Below, piece after piece: positions 1-9,623 of a stretch of 64,000 nucleotides of DNA; the stretch's first letter is position 1; each line of letters opens with the position of its first letter. The notes under the pieces are model-generated. The model was not told where the DNA came from and did no database searches. It was given only the letters and a program-made list of their open reading frames with translations. Both the position numbers and the translations under genes were made by a program. The DNA is from Candidatus Sumerlaeia bacterium (GTDB lineage Bacteria; Sumerlaeota; Sumerlaeia; SLMS01; JANRJK01), in assembly GCA_033764015.1 (NCBI GenBank), contig JANRJK010000002.1:1-64000 (forward strand), read 5' to 3'.

Positions 1-154
1 GCCCCCCGGAACGCTCCTCGCCGGGCCCTCACAGACACTCGCCGGAGCCAAGAAACGCCCCGGAAAACCACGGAACCGAAAAAACCGCCCCGGAATCGCA
101 AATCGGCGCCGCCAGCGCCGCCAGTTCGACAGGCTGCTAGCGACCGGTTTCTGC

Positions 155-1534
155 TTGTTCTTCGTCCTCGCACTGCCCGTCGTGCGTTTCGTGGTCTACG
201 AGCTGGCCACGAGGGCCGGCGTGGGCGGGAACCGCGAGATGGACATGCAGGGCTTCGCGATCTGGCGGTGGGTGATCGCCGCGATGCTCTCGGTCGCAGC
301 CCCTCCGCTGCTCTTGGCGGCGTTTTCGGACCGGCGCGCGTGGCAACTGAACGCGGAGGAGTACCGGCTGCTGCCCCTTCCGCCCGCTTACATCCTTTGC
401 GGGCAACTCTACTGGGGGCTGGTGATCAGTGGAGGCATCGCGATCGGATGCTTCCTCGTCCAAGTGGAGTCCCTGCTCGATCTGCATTGGTCCAGTGGAG
501 ATGTTATCGTATCCGATGACACGCTTCTGCCGATCATTGTCGTCGAGGCGATCACGCTCGTTCTCGTGGGCACCACCCTGCGCCTCCTGATGAGCAGCCG
601 TCGGCACGCGCTGCCGCTCCTCGTCGGCGCATTCCTGATCGTGGCCATCGCAATCACTTTCACGAGTGTGACCGCTGTCAGCCTCGCGGACACCCTGACG
701 CGGCGTCGGGATTGGGGCGGGAACGCCAGCATCCTGATGCCGTTCATCTTGATTCTGATTCCTCTCGGCGCCGCGCAATCCATCTTCGGAGCCGCCATTC
801 GGGAACAAGCCATCCCCGCCTTCCACCGGCACGGCGACCCGGAGCGTTGGCGCGAAGTGTCGTGGTGGGGGCGCGAGTCGGCGGGGGACTACGACCCCGC
901 CCGCTGGGCCGACGCGCGCGCGACGCTGCTGGCGCGCCGCTGGGGGCATCTCGCTTACGGCTTCCTCGGCGTCGTGGTCGCCGTCATGGTTTCAATCCAA
1001 CTCATGGCGAACCTGGGCCGGTTCGACGCGGAAGCGTGGACGGCGCAAGTGATCGTGCTGTCGGGGGTGGTGCCACCACTCTTCCTGATGGCTCGCTACC
1101 GGGCGCGCGGAGGGCTTCCCCTGCAACTTGTTCCGGGCAGGCTCCGCGCAACCTACCTTCTCCTGCTGGGACCGTTGCTTGCCGGTTACGCCAGCGGAGC
1201 GATCATCGGGCTTCTTTTCCTCGGAAGCCTCGCGAACATCCGGCCCGACGAGTTGGTGATGGGAGTCATCGCGCCGGGCTTCGCGGGACTGGCACTTCTG
1301 ACGCTCTCCCTCCTCGCCCTCATCCCGCGCCGGGGCCGCGGCAAGGTGCTGCTCGCCATCGCGGCGTACACCGCCCTCGGACTCTTCGCCCCGGGGTTCC
1401 TTGGGATCTGGATCGCCCTCACGGCCGCGGCGGTGGGCTCGCTGTTCCTCGGCCTGCCCGGCGTGCTGCTGCAGCGCATCCACCGGCTGGAGGTGGTGGG
1501 GGTATCCCAACCCGGCCCCAAAGTTGCCTACTAG
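155..1534 (+). CDS. Multi-pass membrane protein of unknown function; may begin upstream of the window
   Basis: Many hydrophobic segments; the frame is open from position 2, so the true start is uncertain. Confidence 0.6.
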   Translation: MFFVLALPVVRFVVYELATRAGVGGNREMDMQGFAIWRWVIAAMLSVAAPPLLLAAFSDRRAWQLNAEEYRLLPLPPAYILCGQLYWGLVISGGIAIGCFLVQVESLLDLHWSSGDVIVSDDTLLPIIVVEAITLVLVGTTLRLLMSSRRHALPLLVGAFLIVAIAITFTSVTAVSLADTLTRRRDWGGNASILMPFILILIPLGAAQSIFGAAIREQAIPAFHRHGDPERWREVSWWGRESAGDYDPARWADARATLLARRWGHLAYGFLGVVVAVMVSIQLMANLGRFDAEAWTAQVIVLSGVVPPLFLMARYRARGGLPLQLVPGRLRATYLLLLGPLLAGYASGAIIGLLFLGSLANIRPDELVMGVIAPGFAGLALLTLSLLALIPRRGRGKVLLAIAAYTALGLFAPGFLGIWIALTAAAVGSLFLGLPGVLLQRIHRLEVVGVSQPGPKVAY

Positions 1535-1567
1535 ATTAAACTCTCGCGACCGAAAGGGTGCCTTCTT

Positions 1568-2218
1568 TTGACGAGCGCCACGAATCCCGCTCCTCGCACC
1601 GACCGGCTTCTGGTGGGGGCCTTTCGCGAAGTCCGCGACCGGTTCGCCCGCAAGGAATCGGTCTCCCTTAAGCACTACCTGGCCCCGCTTGGGGAGCGTT
1701 CGGGCATTATGGGATGTGCCATTTTGGCCATTCCGTTCCTTTCGCCGGTTAGCCTTGGGCCGCTGACCATACCCGCTTCGGCGCTGATCGCGCTGCTGGC
1801 TTTTCGGCTCTTGCGCCGGACCGAAGGTGCTCCGCTCCCGGACCGGTTCCTCCGCGCTCCCGTCCCCGAGGCAGCCCACCGGTTCATGGCCCGTGTACTC
1901 GTGCGGATGGTCCGCCTCAAGCGGCGCTTCGTCCGCCCCCGGCGCTCGGAGCTGGTCGCAGGGCGGCGCGGAGAGGTCATCTGCGGTTGCCTGCTCGTCG
2001 GTGGGGCATTCCTCCTCGCAATCCCGGTCCCGATGTTGCCCCTGACGAATACATTCCCGGCGCTTGGCATCATTTTGACCGCCGTCGGATGGGTTGAGCG
2101 CGACGGCCTGCTGACGCTTCTTAGCGTTGGTATCCATGCTATCGGCGCCCTCGTGCTAGGGGCCGTCTTCGGGGCCGCTCTCTGGGCCGGAACGGCCGTC
2201 CTCCAGGGAGCCGGCTGA
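1568..2218 (+). CDS. exoD: Exopolysaccharide biosynthesis protein, ExoD family
   Basis: About 215 aa membrane protein with LG.R..G, P.P..NT.PA and G..ERDG motifs typical of ExoD. Confidence 0.8.
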   Translation: MTSATNPAPRTDRLLVGAFREVRDRFARKESVSLKHYLAPLGERSGIMGCAILAIPFLSPVSLGPLTIPASALIALLAFRLLRRTEGAPLPDRFLRAPVPEAAHRFMARVLVRMVRLKRRFVRPRRSELVAGRRGEVICGCLLVGGAFLLAIPVPMLPLTNTFPALGIILTAVGWVERDGLLTLLSVGIHAIGALVLGAVFGAALWAGTAVLQGAG

Positions 2219-2289
2219 GAAGCGCCCTAGACAACGTGGCGCCGCCGGTGGGATGCGTTCTCCGCTAGCCTAGGAACGGAGCACCCGCG

Positions 2290-5200
2290 GTGGCCGAAAC
2301 GCCCCCCGATAACGCGCGACTGGCCAATTCCCACTGGACCGACGACGACCCGTTCCTGGAACGGCTGCCGGTAGATCCGGGCGCGACGTTCAATCCGCTG
2401 CTGACTGGCTTTCAAACAGCCGAGGCGGAGACGTCGCACGGCGCCTACTCGCAGCCGACGCAGGACCTCGGCCCGGGTATCCCCGGGCCGGAGCGCGACC
2501 CCGTCGGCGGCGGCCCCATCCCCAAGCGGCTTCTCGGGGCGGGCGGCTTCGGCGAGGTCTGGGAGGCCGTCGATCCGGGCCTCGGGCGCATGGTCGCCGT
2601 GAAGCGCATCCGCTCCGAAGTGCTCGCGCGCATCATCGACAAGCCCCTCGAACTCACCTACCAGCGCGGGCTCTTCTTCCGCGAGGCGATGACGACCGCG
2701 CGCCTCGAGCATCCGAACATCGTCCCCGTGCACCAGTACCTGCACGACGGCGCCGGGAATCCGCTGCTGGCGATGAAGCGCGTGCGGGGTTCGCTCTGGG
2801 AGCACGCGATCGCCGCCGACGCCCGCCTCCTCGATCCCTACGACTACCTGGCGAAGCACCTCCAGGTGCTCATCGCCGTCGCCCAGGCGGTCGCATTCGC
2901 CCACGACAACGGCGTCATCCACCGCGACCTGAAGCCCGCGCAGGTGATGATCGGCGACTACGGCGAAGTGCTCCTCATGGACTGGGGCCTCGCGATGGTG
3001 TTCGACGAGGACCGCTTCCGCCTCGAGGAGGCGGAGGGGCTCGGGTTGCCGATGCCCTTCACGCGCGCCAACGCGACGAACCCCAGCGGCACCACCAGCT
3101 TCATGGCCCCCGAGCAGACCGAGCGCAGCGCCGCGCGGCTCGGCCCCTGGACCGACATCTTCCTGCTCGGCGGCGTGCTCTACTACCTGCTCTCCGGCAC
3201 GCCCCCGCACGACGCGAAGGACAAGCGGCAGGCGTTCTTCCAGGCGGTCGTCTGCACGGTGCAGCACCCGTCGCTCCGCGTCCCCCCCGGCCGCCCGATC
3301 CCCGAGGAGCTCGCGGCGCTGGCGCTGCGCTGCCTCGCCCCGGACCCCGCCGACCGGCCCGGTTCGGCGTTGGAGGTGGCGGAGGCGCTGCGCGACTACC
3401 TCACCGGCGCCGGGCGCCGCCGCGAGTCGGTCCGGCACTGCGCCGAGGTCGAAGCCGAGCTGCCGGGGGCCGACGACTACCGCTCTCTCGGCGAGCTGGT
3501 GTCGCGCCTCGGCAACGCGCGCGCGCTTTGGCCGGAGAACCCGCGCATCGAGCCGCTGCGCGACTCGGTCCTCGCGGAGTACTCGGAACGCGCGCTCGCG
3601 AACGGGGACCTCGCACTCGCCGCGGCGCAGGCGGAGCGCATCGCGGACAACGCGCGCCGGGGCGGACTCGAATCCCGCGCGGCGGCCGCCGCGGAGCGCG
3701 TCCGGCGCCAGCACCGGCAGCGGCGCTCCGCGCTCGCCGCCGTGGTGGTCCTGCTGGCGCTGCTCGCCGCGGGCGGTGGTGTCTTCTCGCTCCGCCAGCG
3801 CGAAGCCGCCCGCCGCATCGCCGCCGCGAACGAGGACCTCCGCCGGCAGCGCGACGAGGGCGACGAGCTGATCCAGTTCATCCTGCGCGACCTCGGCCAG
3901 CGCCTCGCCCCGAGCGGCCGCCTCGACGCGCTCCGCGACGTCGCGCTCCGCGCCCGCGAGTACTACGAGCGCCTCCCCGGGGCGGGCGACTCGCCGGAGG
4001 CCGTCCGGAACCGCGCCTTCGCCCTTCGGCAGATCGGCGACGTGCTCCTCGCGGAGAGCAGGCTCCCCGAGGCGGAATCCGCCTTCCGCGCGGGCCTCGA
4101 ACTGCTCGAATCCATGTCCGAGGCGGAAGGTCCCCTGGGCGATCCGGATGCGGAGCGCGTCGAAATCCGGCTCCGGCTCTGCCGCGCGCTCTCGGAGGGG
4201 GGCCGGTGGGACGACTTCATGGCCGAGGCCGCCGCCCTGGAGTCGGAGCTGCTCGCAAGAGGCGCCGCCCGCCCCAACGATCCCCGGCCCAGAGCGCTGC
4301 TGGCGCGCGCGTATCTCCTGCGCGCCGGCGCCTACCCGGCCCGCGGCACCATGCAGACCGCACTCGCCGACGCCCACGCCGCGGAAGCCCTGGCGTCCGA
4401 GCTCGTCAACCGCCACCGCCCCGCGCGGGAGTTCTACAACGTCGCTGCGGACTCCTCCGAGATGGTCGCGCGGCTGCTCCGCCTTGGCGGCGACGCGACC
4501 GGCGCCCTCCCGCGGAACGAGGCCGCGCGCGAGTACTGGCGGCAGTCCGTCGAACTCGCCCCGGACGACATGGTGGCCCTGCGCGAGTTCGCATACTCGA
4601 CCGAGTCCCTCGCGACGGCGCTCTACGAGCGAGGAGAGTACGCGCGATCCCTCGAACTCCACCGCGAGGTGCTCGCGCTTCGCGAGCGCCTCTCGGCCCG
4701 CGAGCCCGCGAACGCTCTCTGGCGCCGCGAACTCGGCGAGGCCCACAACGGCGTCGCCTTCCTCCACCATTGGCGCGGCGAGTTCGACGAGGCGCTGGCG
4801 CACTACCGGGCCGCCGAGGCGATCTACGCGGAGCAGCTCGCCGCGACCCCCGGCAACATGGCCACCCGCGCGCGCCGCGCCACCGCGCTCAACAACATCG
4901 GCTCGGTCCTCGGCTTCATGGGACGCGACCGCAGCGCGCTCCCGTACTTCGAGGAGATGCGCGCCGAGCTGGAGCGCCTCCTCGCCGCGGACCCCGCGAA
5001 CGCCGAATGGCGGCGGATGCGCGCCACGAACCACGCGAAGATGGGCATCATGCTCCAATCCTTCGGACGCTTCGAGGAGGCGGAGGCCGAGCTGCTCGAG
5101 TACGCCTCCATCAACTCCTCGATCCTGGATGCGGACCCGGGGAACAACGCCGCCCGCCAGACGCTGCTCGGCGCCCGCATCCACCTCGGGATGCTGTACC

Positions 5201-5856
5201 GCGAGTGGGAGCGCCACGAGGACGCCGCCGCCGCCTTCGCACTCGCCGAGCGCACGCTCAAGGTCCTCAACTCCGACGCCGACATGCAGAGCCCCGCCGC
5301 CCTCCGCGAGGAAGCGAACACCATCGGGCGCACGCTCCGGACGCTCCTCGACACAGGGCGCGGCGACGACGCGGCGGAGGCGCTGGCGCGCATCGACGAA
5401 ATCCACGCGCGCCTCGCCGAAATCGCTCCCGGAGACCTTGGCGATTTCCTCCGCGAGACCAGCATCGAACTCTCCGTCCTCCGCGCCGGCATGCGCGGCG
5501 GGGACCCGCGGGGGCGCCTTGGAGCGCTCCTCTCCCGCATCGCGGAGCAGCGGGCCGCGGCGCCGGAGCACCGCGGCCTCGCCCGCGCGGAGGCGCAGGC
5601 GATGGATCTCGGCGCCCACCTCGCCCGCGGGGCGGGCGACACGGCGGCCGCCTCCGCCTACGCGCAGACTGCGCTCGCGGCCTACCGCGCGCTCGCCCGG
5701 CCCGAGGATCCGCAAAGTCAACTCGACCTGCTGCGCGCATGCCGGAGCGCGGGGCTCTCGGAGGAGGCCGCCGCGGCCGCGGACACGCTCCGCTCCATCG
5801 GCTACGACGCCACACGGCTCGCGCGGTTGCTGGCGGAGTCGCCGGAAGGGCGCTAG
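2290..5856 (+). CDS. Hanks-type Ser/Thr protein kinase with TM helix and TPR-like C-terminal region
   Basis: LGAGGFGEV, VAVK, HRDLKPAQ, DWG and MAPEQ motifs; hydrophobic helix AAVVVLLALLAAGGG; helical repeats downstream. Confidence 0.9.
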   Translation: MAETPPDNARLANSHWTDDDPFLERLPVDPGATFNPLLTGFQTAEAETSHGAYSQPTQDLGPGIPGPERDPVGGGPIPKRLLGAGGFGEVWEAVDPGLGRMVAVKRIRSEVLARIIDKPLELTYQRGLFFREAMTTARLEHPNIVPVHQYLHDGAGNPLLAMKRVRGSLWEHAIAADARLLDPYDYLAKHLQVLIAVAQAVAFAHDNGVIHRDLKPAQVMIGDYGEVLLMDWGLAMVFDEDRFRLEEAEGLGLPMPFTRANATNPSGTTSFMAPEQTERSAARLGPWTDIFLLGGVLYYLLSGTPPHDAKDKRQAFFQAVVCTVQHPSLRVPPGRPIPEELAALALRCLAPDPADRPGSALEVAEALRDYLTGAGRRRESVRHCAEVEAELPGADDYRSLGELVSRLGNARALWPENPRIEPLRDSVLAEYSERALANGDLALAAAQAERIADNARRGGLESRAAAAAERVRRQHRQRRSALAAVVVLLALLAAGGGVFSLRQREAARRIAAANEDLRRQRDEGDELIQFILRDLGQRLAPSGRLDALRDVALRAREYYERLPGAGDSPEAVRNRAFALRQIGDVLLAESRLPEAESAFRAGLELLESMSEAEGPLGDPDAERVEIRLRLCRALSEGGRWDDFMAEAAALESELLARGAARPNDPRPRALLARAYLLRAGAYPARGTMQTALADAHAAEALASELVNRHRPAREFYNVAADSSEMVARLLRLGGDATGALPRNEAAREYWRQSVELAPDDMVALREFAYSTESLATALYERGEYARSLELHREVLALRERLSAREPANALWRRELGEAHNGVAFLHHWRGEFDEALAHYRAAEAIYAEQLAATPGNMATRARRATALNNIGSVLGFMGRDRSALPYFEEMRAELERLLAADPANAEWRRMRATNHAKMGIMLQSFGRFEEAEAELLEYASINSSILDADPGNNAARQTLLGARIHLGMLYREWERHEDAAAAFALAERTLKVLNSDADMQSPAALREEANTIGRTLRTLLDTGRGDDAAEALARIDEIHARLAEIAPGDLGDFLRETSIELSVLRAGMRGGDPRGRLGALLSRIAEQRAAAPEHRGLARAEAQAMDLGAHLARGAGDTAAASAYAQTALAAYRALARPEDPQSQLDLLRACRSAGLSEEAAAAADTLRSIGYDATRLARLLAESPEGR

Positions 5857-5860
5857 CGCT

Positions 5861-6658
5861 TCATCCCCCGGCCTTCAGCCGCTCCTCGAGCGCGGAGATC
5901 GTCTCGCGCATCCGGCGGAGGTCCTCGAGCAACTCGGAGTTCGTCGAGCGCGCGCTTTCCGCGCGCGCCTCCTCCTCGCGGATCCGCTCCATGTTGTTGA
6001 GCACCACGGCGATGAACAGATTCACGACCACGAACACGTTGATGATGACGTAGCTGCCGAAGTACAGCCAAGCGAGGGGGCGTTCCGGCAGCACCTTCGC
6101 CTGCATCTCCACCCAGCCGTCCAGCGTGAGCAGTTGGAACGTCGACAGTAGCGCGGCGCCAAGCGAACCCCAGCGCCCCGGGTCGATCTCGTGGTACAGG
6201 TGGTAGCCCATCACCGAGTAGACGTAGACGAGCAGCGCCATCAGCATCAGGACGTGGGCCATGCCGGGGATGCTGCGCAGCATTGTGGTGACGATCAGCC
6301 GCAGGTCGGACGAAACGCTGACCACGCGGATCACCCGCAGCACGCGCGCGAGGCGCGCCACCGTCGCGTAGGCGCCCGCCGCGGGGAGCAGCGATCCGGC
6401 CACGATCAGGAAGTCGAAGACGTTCCAACCGTCGCGGAAGAACTCCCGCGGGCGGCGCCCGTGCGCCAGGATCCGCAGCGCGATCTCCAGCACGAACATC
6501 GCCTGGAACGCGTCGCTCGCCCCGAGGATCCACGGGCCGTATGCGCGCATCAGCGCCGGCGAGGTCTCCAGCCCGACGACCGCAGCGTTCACGACAATCA
6601 GGGCGAGGATCGTTTGCTGGAAGATGGGGGATTGGACGACGCGATCGAGCGGAGCCAT
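5861..6658 (-). CDS. Voltage-gated cation channel (BacNav/CavMr-like ion transporter)
   Basis: WNVFDF in S3, S4 RLARVLRVIR, pore TFQLLTLDGWVEM, S6 NLFIAVV, C-terminal coiled coil. Confidence 0.9.
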   Translation of the reverse strand: MAPLDRVVQSPIFQQTILALIVVNAAVVGLETSPALMRAYGPWILGASDAFQAMFVLEIALRILAHGRRPREFFRDGWNVFDFLIVAGSLLPAAGAYATVARLARVLRVIRVVSVSSDLRLIVTTMLRSIPGMAHVLMLMALLVYVYSVMGYHLYHEIDPGRWGSLGAALLSTFQLLTLDGWVEMQAKVLPERPLAWLYFGSYVIINVFVVVNLFIAVVLNNMERIREEEARAESARSTNSELLEDLRRMRETISALEERLKAGG

Positions 6659-6947
6659 GGGCGCGGGTCAGCGAAGCCCCCATTCGGAAGCCGCGCACGC
6701 GACGCGCAGACCGCGCACTGCGTCCAGCCAGCCACCGATGCTTGGCCGATTGTTCGTCATCGCGGATTTTCCCTTTCGAGGGGTTGGTCGGAAGAGGGGG
6801 TGGCGGCGCCCGTGAGTGGGCTCCGGAGGCTGCGCTGCGCGACGTTTTCCCCCGGCGCGCCGCCGCTCAAGGCCAATCGGATTCTTGCCACCGGGCGCCC
6901 CGGGCCGACCACATTCCGGGAGCAACGCACCGCCAAGGAGCCCCGCC

Positions 6948-7427
6948 ATGCGCGACACCCCCGAACCCATCGGCGTCCAGTCGATCATCCTCCGCCAGCG
7001 CCTCGCAGCGTTCGCGCTGACCCTCTCCGAAGCCGCCGAGGAAATCCCGCCGGGTTGGAGCAATAACATCCGTTGGCACATCGGCCACCTCGCGACCACG
7101 CCGCACCGGCTGACCACGCTGCTGCTCGACGGCACCATGGCGATTCCCCCTCTGTATTCGACGCTGTTCGCAAAGGGCACCAGCCCGCGCGATTGGGTCG
7201 GCCTTCAGGTTCCCAGCCTCGAAACCCTCTGCCGGGAACTGGTGGACGGACAGCGCAGCCTCTACCAGCACCTCGACGGACGGTGGGACGAGTCGTTCCC
7301 GGTAGAATACACGACAAGCGTCGGGATCATCCTCCAGACGCCCCGGGAAGGACTCGCCATGAGCTACATGCACGACGGCATCCACCTTGGACTGATGATG
7401 GCGCTGAAGCGGGCGCTGGGCCGGTAA
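6948..7427 (+). CDS. DinB family protein
   Basis: NNIRWHIGHL and HDGIHLG His motifs; AAGGAG RBS before the ATG at 6948. Confidence 0.85.
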   Translation: MRDTPEPIGVQSIILRQRLAAFALTLSEAAEEIPPGWSNNIRWHIGHLATTPHRLTTLLLDGTMAIPPLYSTLFAKGTSPRDWVGLQVPSLETLCRELVDGQRSLYQHLDGRWDESFPVEYTTSVGIILQTPREGLAMSYMHDGIHLGLMMALKRALGR

Positions 7428-7553
7428 TCGGACGTAACGGAGGTTGATTGACCGAAATTGCTTGCAGAGCCCCACTATCCTCGGCGACGATACCGCGCAA
7501 GCGCCCGCGAAAGGGCGCCCCCATCATTCGCAAGCCACCGTGGAGCCCCCTCG

Positions 7554-9440
7554 ATGACTGCAGTCGTAAACGCACCTTGGGAAGTCCTCAACCTACCCGG
7601 GGAACTCAAGCAGCTCCTCCAATCCGCCAAGTCCGTCCTCATCGCCGAAAGCGCCGAGCAGCTCCTCGACCATGCGGTTGGCGGCCCCGATAGCCACTCC
7701 GCGGAGGTGCGCTACACGCTTCCGGACGGGCGCGAAATCCTCGAGGCGACGGTGTGCCGCGTTCGAAACGGAATCGCCGCCAACTACCCCGATCCGGCGA
7801 TGCGGCGCCGCGACCCCGACTGCATGGTGATCGCCGATTCGAAGCCGTCCGACAAGAAGCGCTACGAAGACCGCTTCGGCGAGCCGTTCGACCGCGTCCG
7901 CGGGGAGTCGCTCGCATGGCTCGCCACCCAGGACCTCGTCGTGTTCGCCTTCGAGGCGGGGCGCGGCGGCCTCGGTATGGACTCGGTCGTGGTGGCGCCG
8001 GCGAACGCGGGGTTCTTCGCCTTCGGATTGGCGCTGCTCCAAGGCATCCACGCGACCAAGGACCTGCCGAAAGGCTTCGCCCCCAAGGCGGTCATCTATG
8101 TCGTCCCTCCCTTCCGCCACACACACTTCGACGGTAAGCAGGTCGTCGTCCATAACCGCCGCGACGGCATGCACGAGCTGTTCTCGTACAACCTGTATCC
8201 GGGCCCGAGCGCCAAGAAAGGCGTCTACGGGATGCTCATCGCGCTGGGCGAGCGCGAAGGCTGGGTGACCGCCCACTGCTCGACGGTGCGCGTGACGACG
8301 CCGTATGACTACGAAGTGGTCTTCATGCACGAAGGCGCCAGCGGCGGCGGCAAGAGCGAGATGCTCGAGCACGCCCACCGCGAACCGGACGGGCGTCTCC
8401 ACCTCGGCCACAACACGGTCACCGGCGAGGACCGCTACCTCGACATCGCACGAAGCTGTCTCCTCTCGCCGGTCACCGATGACATGGCGCTCTGCCACGC
8501 CTCGCTCCAGGACGGGAACGGCAAGCTCGTCCTGACGGACGCGGAGGACGGCTGGTTCGTCCGCGTGAACCACATCGACCACTACGGCGCGGACCTGAAC
8601 CTCGAATCGCTCTGCGCGACGCCGCCCAAGCCGCTCCTCTTCCTCAACATCGACGCGGTGCCCGGCAGCCGCGCGCTGATCTGGGAGCACATCCAGGACG
8701 CGCCCGGCAAGCCCTGCCCCAACCCGCGCGTGGTGATCCCGCGCAGCATTGTCCCGAACGTGGTCGACAGCGCGGTCAAGGTGGACATCCGCAGCATCGG
8801 CCTCCGCATGCCGCCCTGCACGCGCGAGAACCCCACCTACGGCATCGCCGGCCTCTTCCACGTGCTGCCTCCGGCGCTGGCGTGGCTCTGGCGCCTAGTC
8901 GCCCCGCGCGGCCACGCCAACCCCAGCATCGTCTCCGGCGGCGGCATGGCGAGCGAGGGCGTCGGCTCCTACTGGCCCTTCGCCACCGGGCGCCGCGTGG
9001 ACCAGGCGAACCTGCTCCTCGAGCAGATCCTCTCCACGCCGAAGACCAGCTACATCCTTTCCCCGAACCAGCATGTCGGCGCGTGGGAGGTGGGCTTCAT
9101 GCCGCAGTGGCTCGCCCGCGAGTACCTCGCCCGCCGCGGCAACGCCCGCTTCCGCCAGGGCCAGGTGGAGCCCGCCCGCTGCCCCCTCCTCGGCTACGCG
9201 ATGTTCGCCATGAACATCGAGGGCGTGCCCATCGCGCGCTGGTTCCTCCAAGTGGACACGCAGCCCGAGGTTGGCCCGGACGGCTACGACGCCGGCGCGA
9301 AGATCCTCCGCGACTTCTTCCTCGAACAGCTCAAGAAGTTCGAGCACCCGGACCTCAACCCGGTCGGCAAGCGCGTCCTAGAGGTCTGCCGCGACAACGG
9401 CTCCGTGGCGGACTACGAGTCGGCGATCCGGTTCGAGTAA
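7554..9440 (+). CDS. DUF4914 family protein (PEP-carboxykinase-like P-loop fold)
   Basis: MRRRDPDCM, YNLYPGPSAKKG, HEGASGGGKSEM and VTDDMA motifs; GGAG RBS. Confidence 0.8.
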   Translation: MTAVVNAPWEVLNLPGELKQLLQSAKSVLIAESAEQLLDHAVGGPDSHSAEVRYTLPDGREILEATVCRVRNGIAANYPDPAMRRRDPDCMVIADSKPSDKKRYEDRFGEPFDRVRGESLAWLATQDLVVFAFEAGRGGLGMDSVVVAPANAGFFAFGLALLQGIHATKDLPKGFAPKAVIYVVPPFRHTHFDGKQVVVHNRRDGMHELFSYNLYPGPSAKKGVYGMLIALGEREGWVTAHCSTVRVTTPYDYEVVFMHEGASGGGKSEMLEHAHREPDGRLHLGHNTVTGEDRYLDIARSCLLSPVTDDMALCHASLQDGNGKLVLTDAEDGWFVRVNHIDHYGADLNLESLCATPPKPLLFLNIDAVPGSRALIWEHIQDAPGKPCPNPRVVIPRSIVPNVVDSAVKVDIRSIGLRMPPCTRENPTYGIAGLFHVLPPALAWLWRLVAPRGHANPSIVSGGGMASEGVGSYWPFATGRRVDQANLLLEQILSTPKTSYILSPNQHVGAWEVGFMPQWLAREYLARRGNARFRQGQVEPARCPLLGYAMFAMNIEGVPIARWFLQVDTQPEVGPDGYDAGAKILRDFFLEQLKKFEHPDLNPVGKRVLEVCRDNGSVADYESAIRFE

Positions 9441-9465
9441 AGCAACCGAGTCCCTTGAGGCCGGG

Positions 9466-9505
9466 GCGCGTGGGAAGGTTTCACCAACCTTCCCACGCGC
9501 TTTAT
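9466..9505 (+). terminator. Intrinsic terminator after the DUF4914 gene
   Basis: 15-bp perfect stem GCGCGTGGGAAGGTT/AACCTTCCCACGCGC followed by TTTAT. Confidence 0.75.
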
Positions 9506-9574
9506 CCTCGGGAAGATTGATATCAATAAACTTGTCAAATGGCGGAGCTGATCTCGGAGTGCCCGCATTTCCTG

Positions 9575-9602
9575 TTGACGAGAGAGAGAGTCATGCCACC
9601 CT
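9575..9602 (+). promoter_or_regulatory. Putative sigma70 promoter with (AG)5 in the spacer
   Basis: TTGACG-N16-CACCCT; the same hexamers occur with N17 upstream of rpoD (59291-59319). Confidence 0.5.
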
Positions 9603-9623
9603 CAGGGAAAGGCGGATAAAACT

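Noticed and set aside
2227..5721. 1164-aa minus-strand ORF
   Set aside because: Antisense shadow of the kinase gene, typical of high-GC DNA; no motifs.
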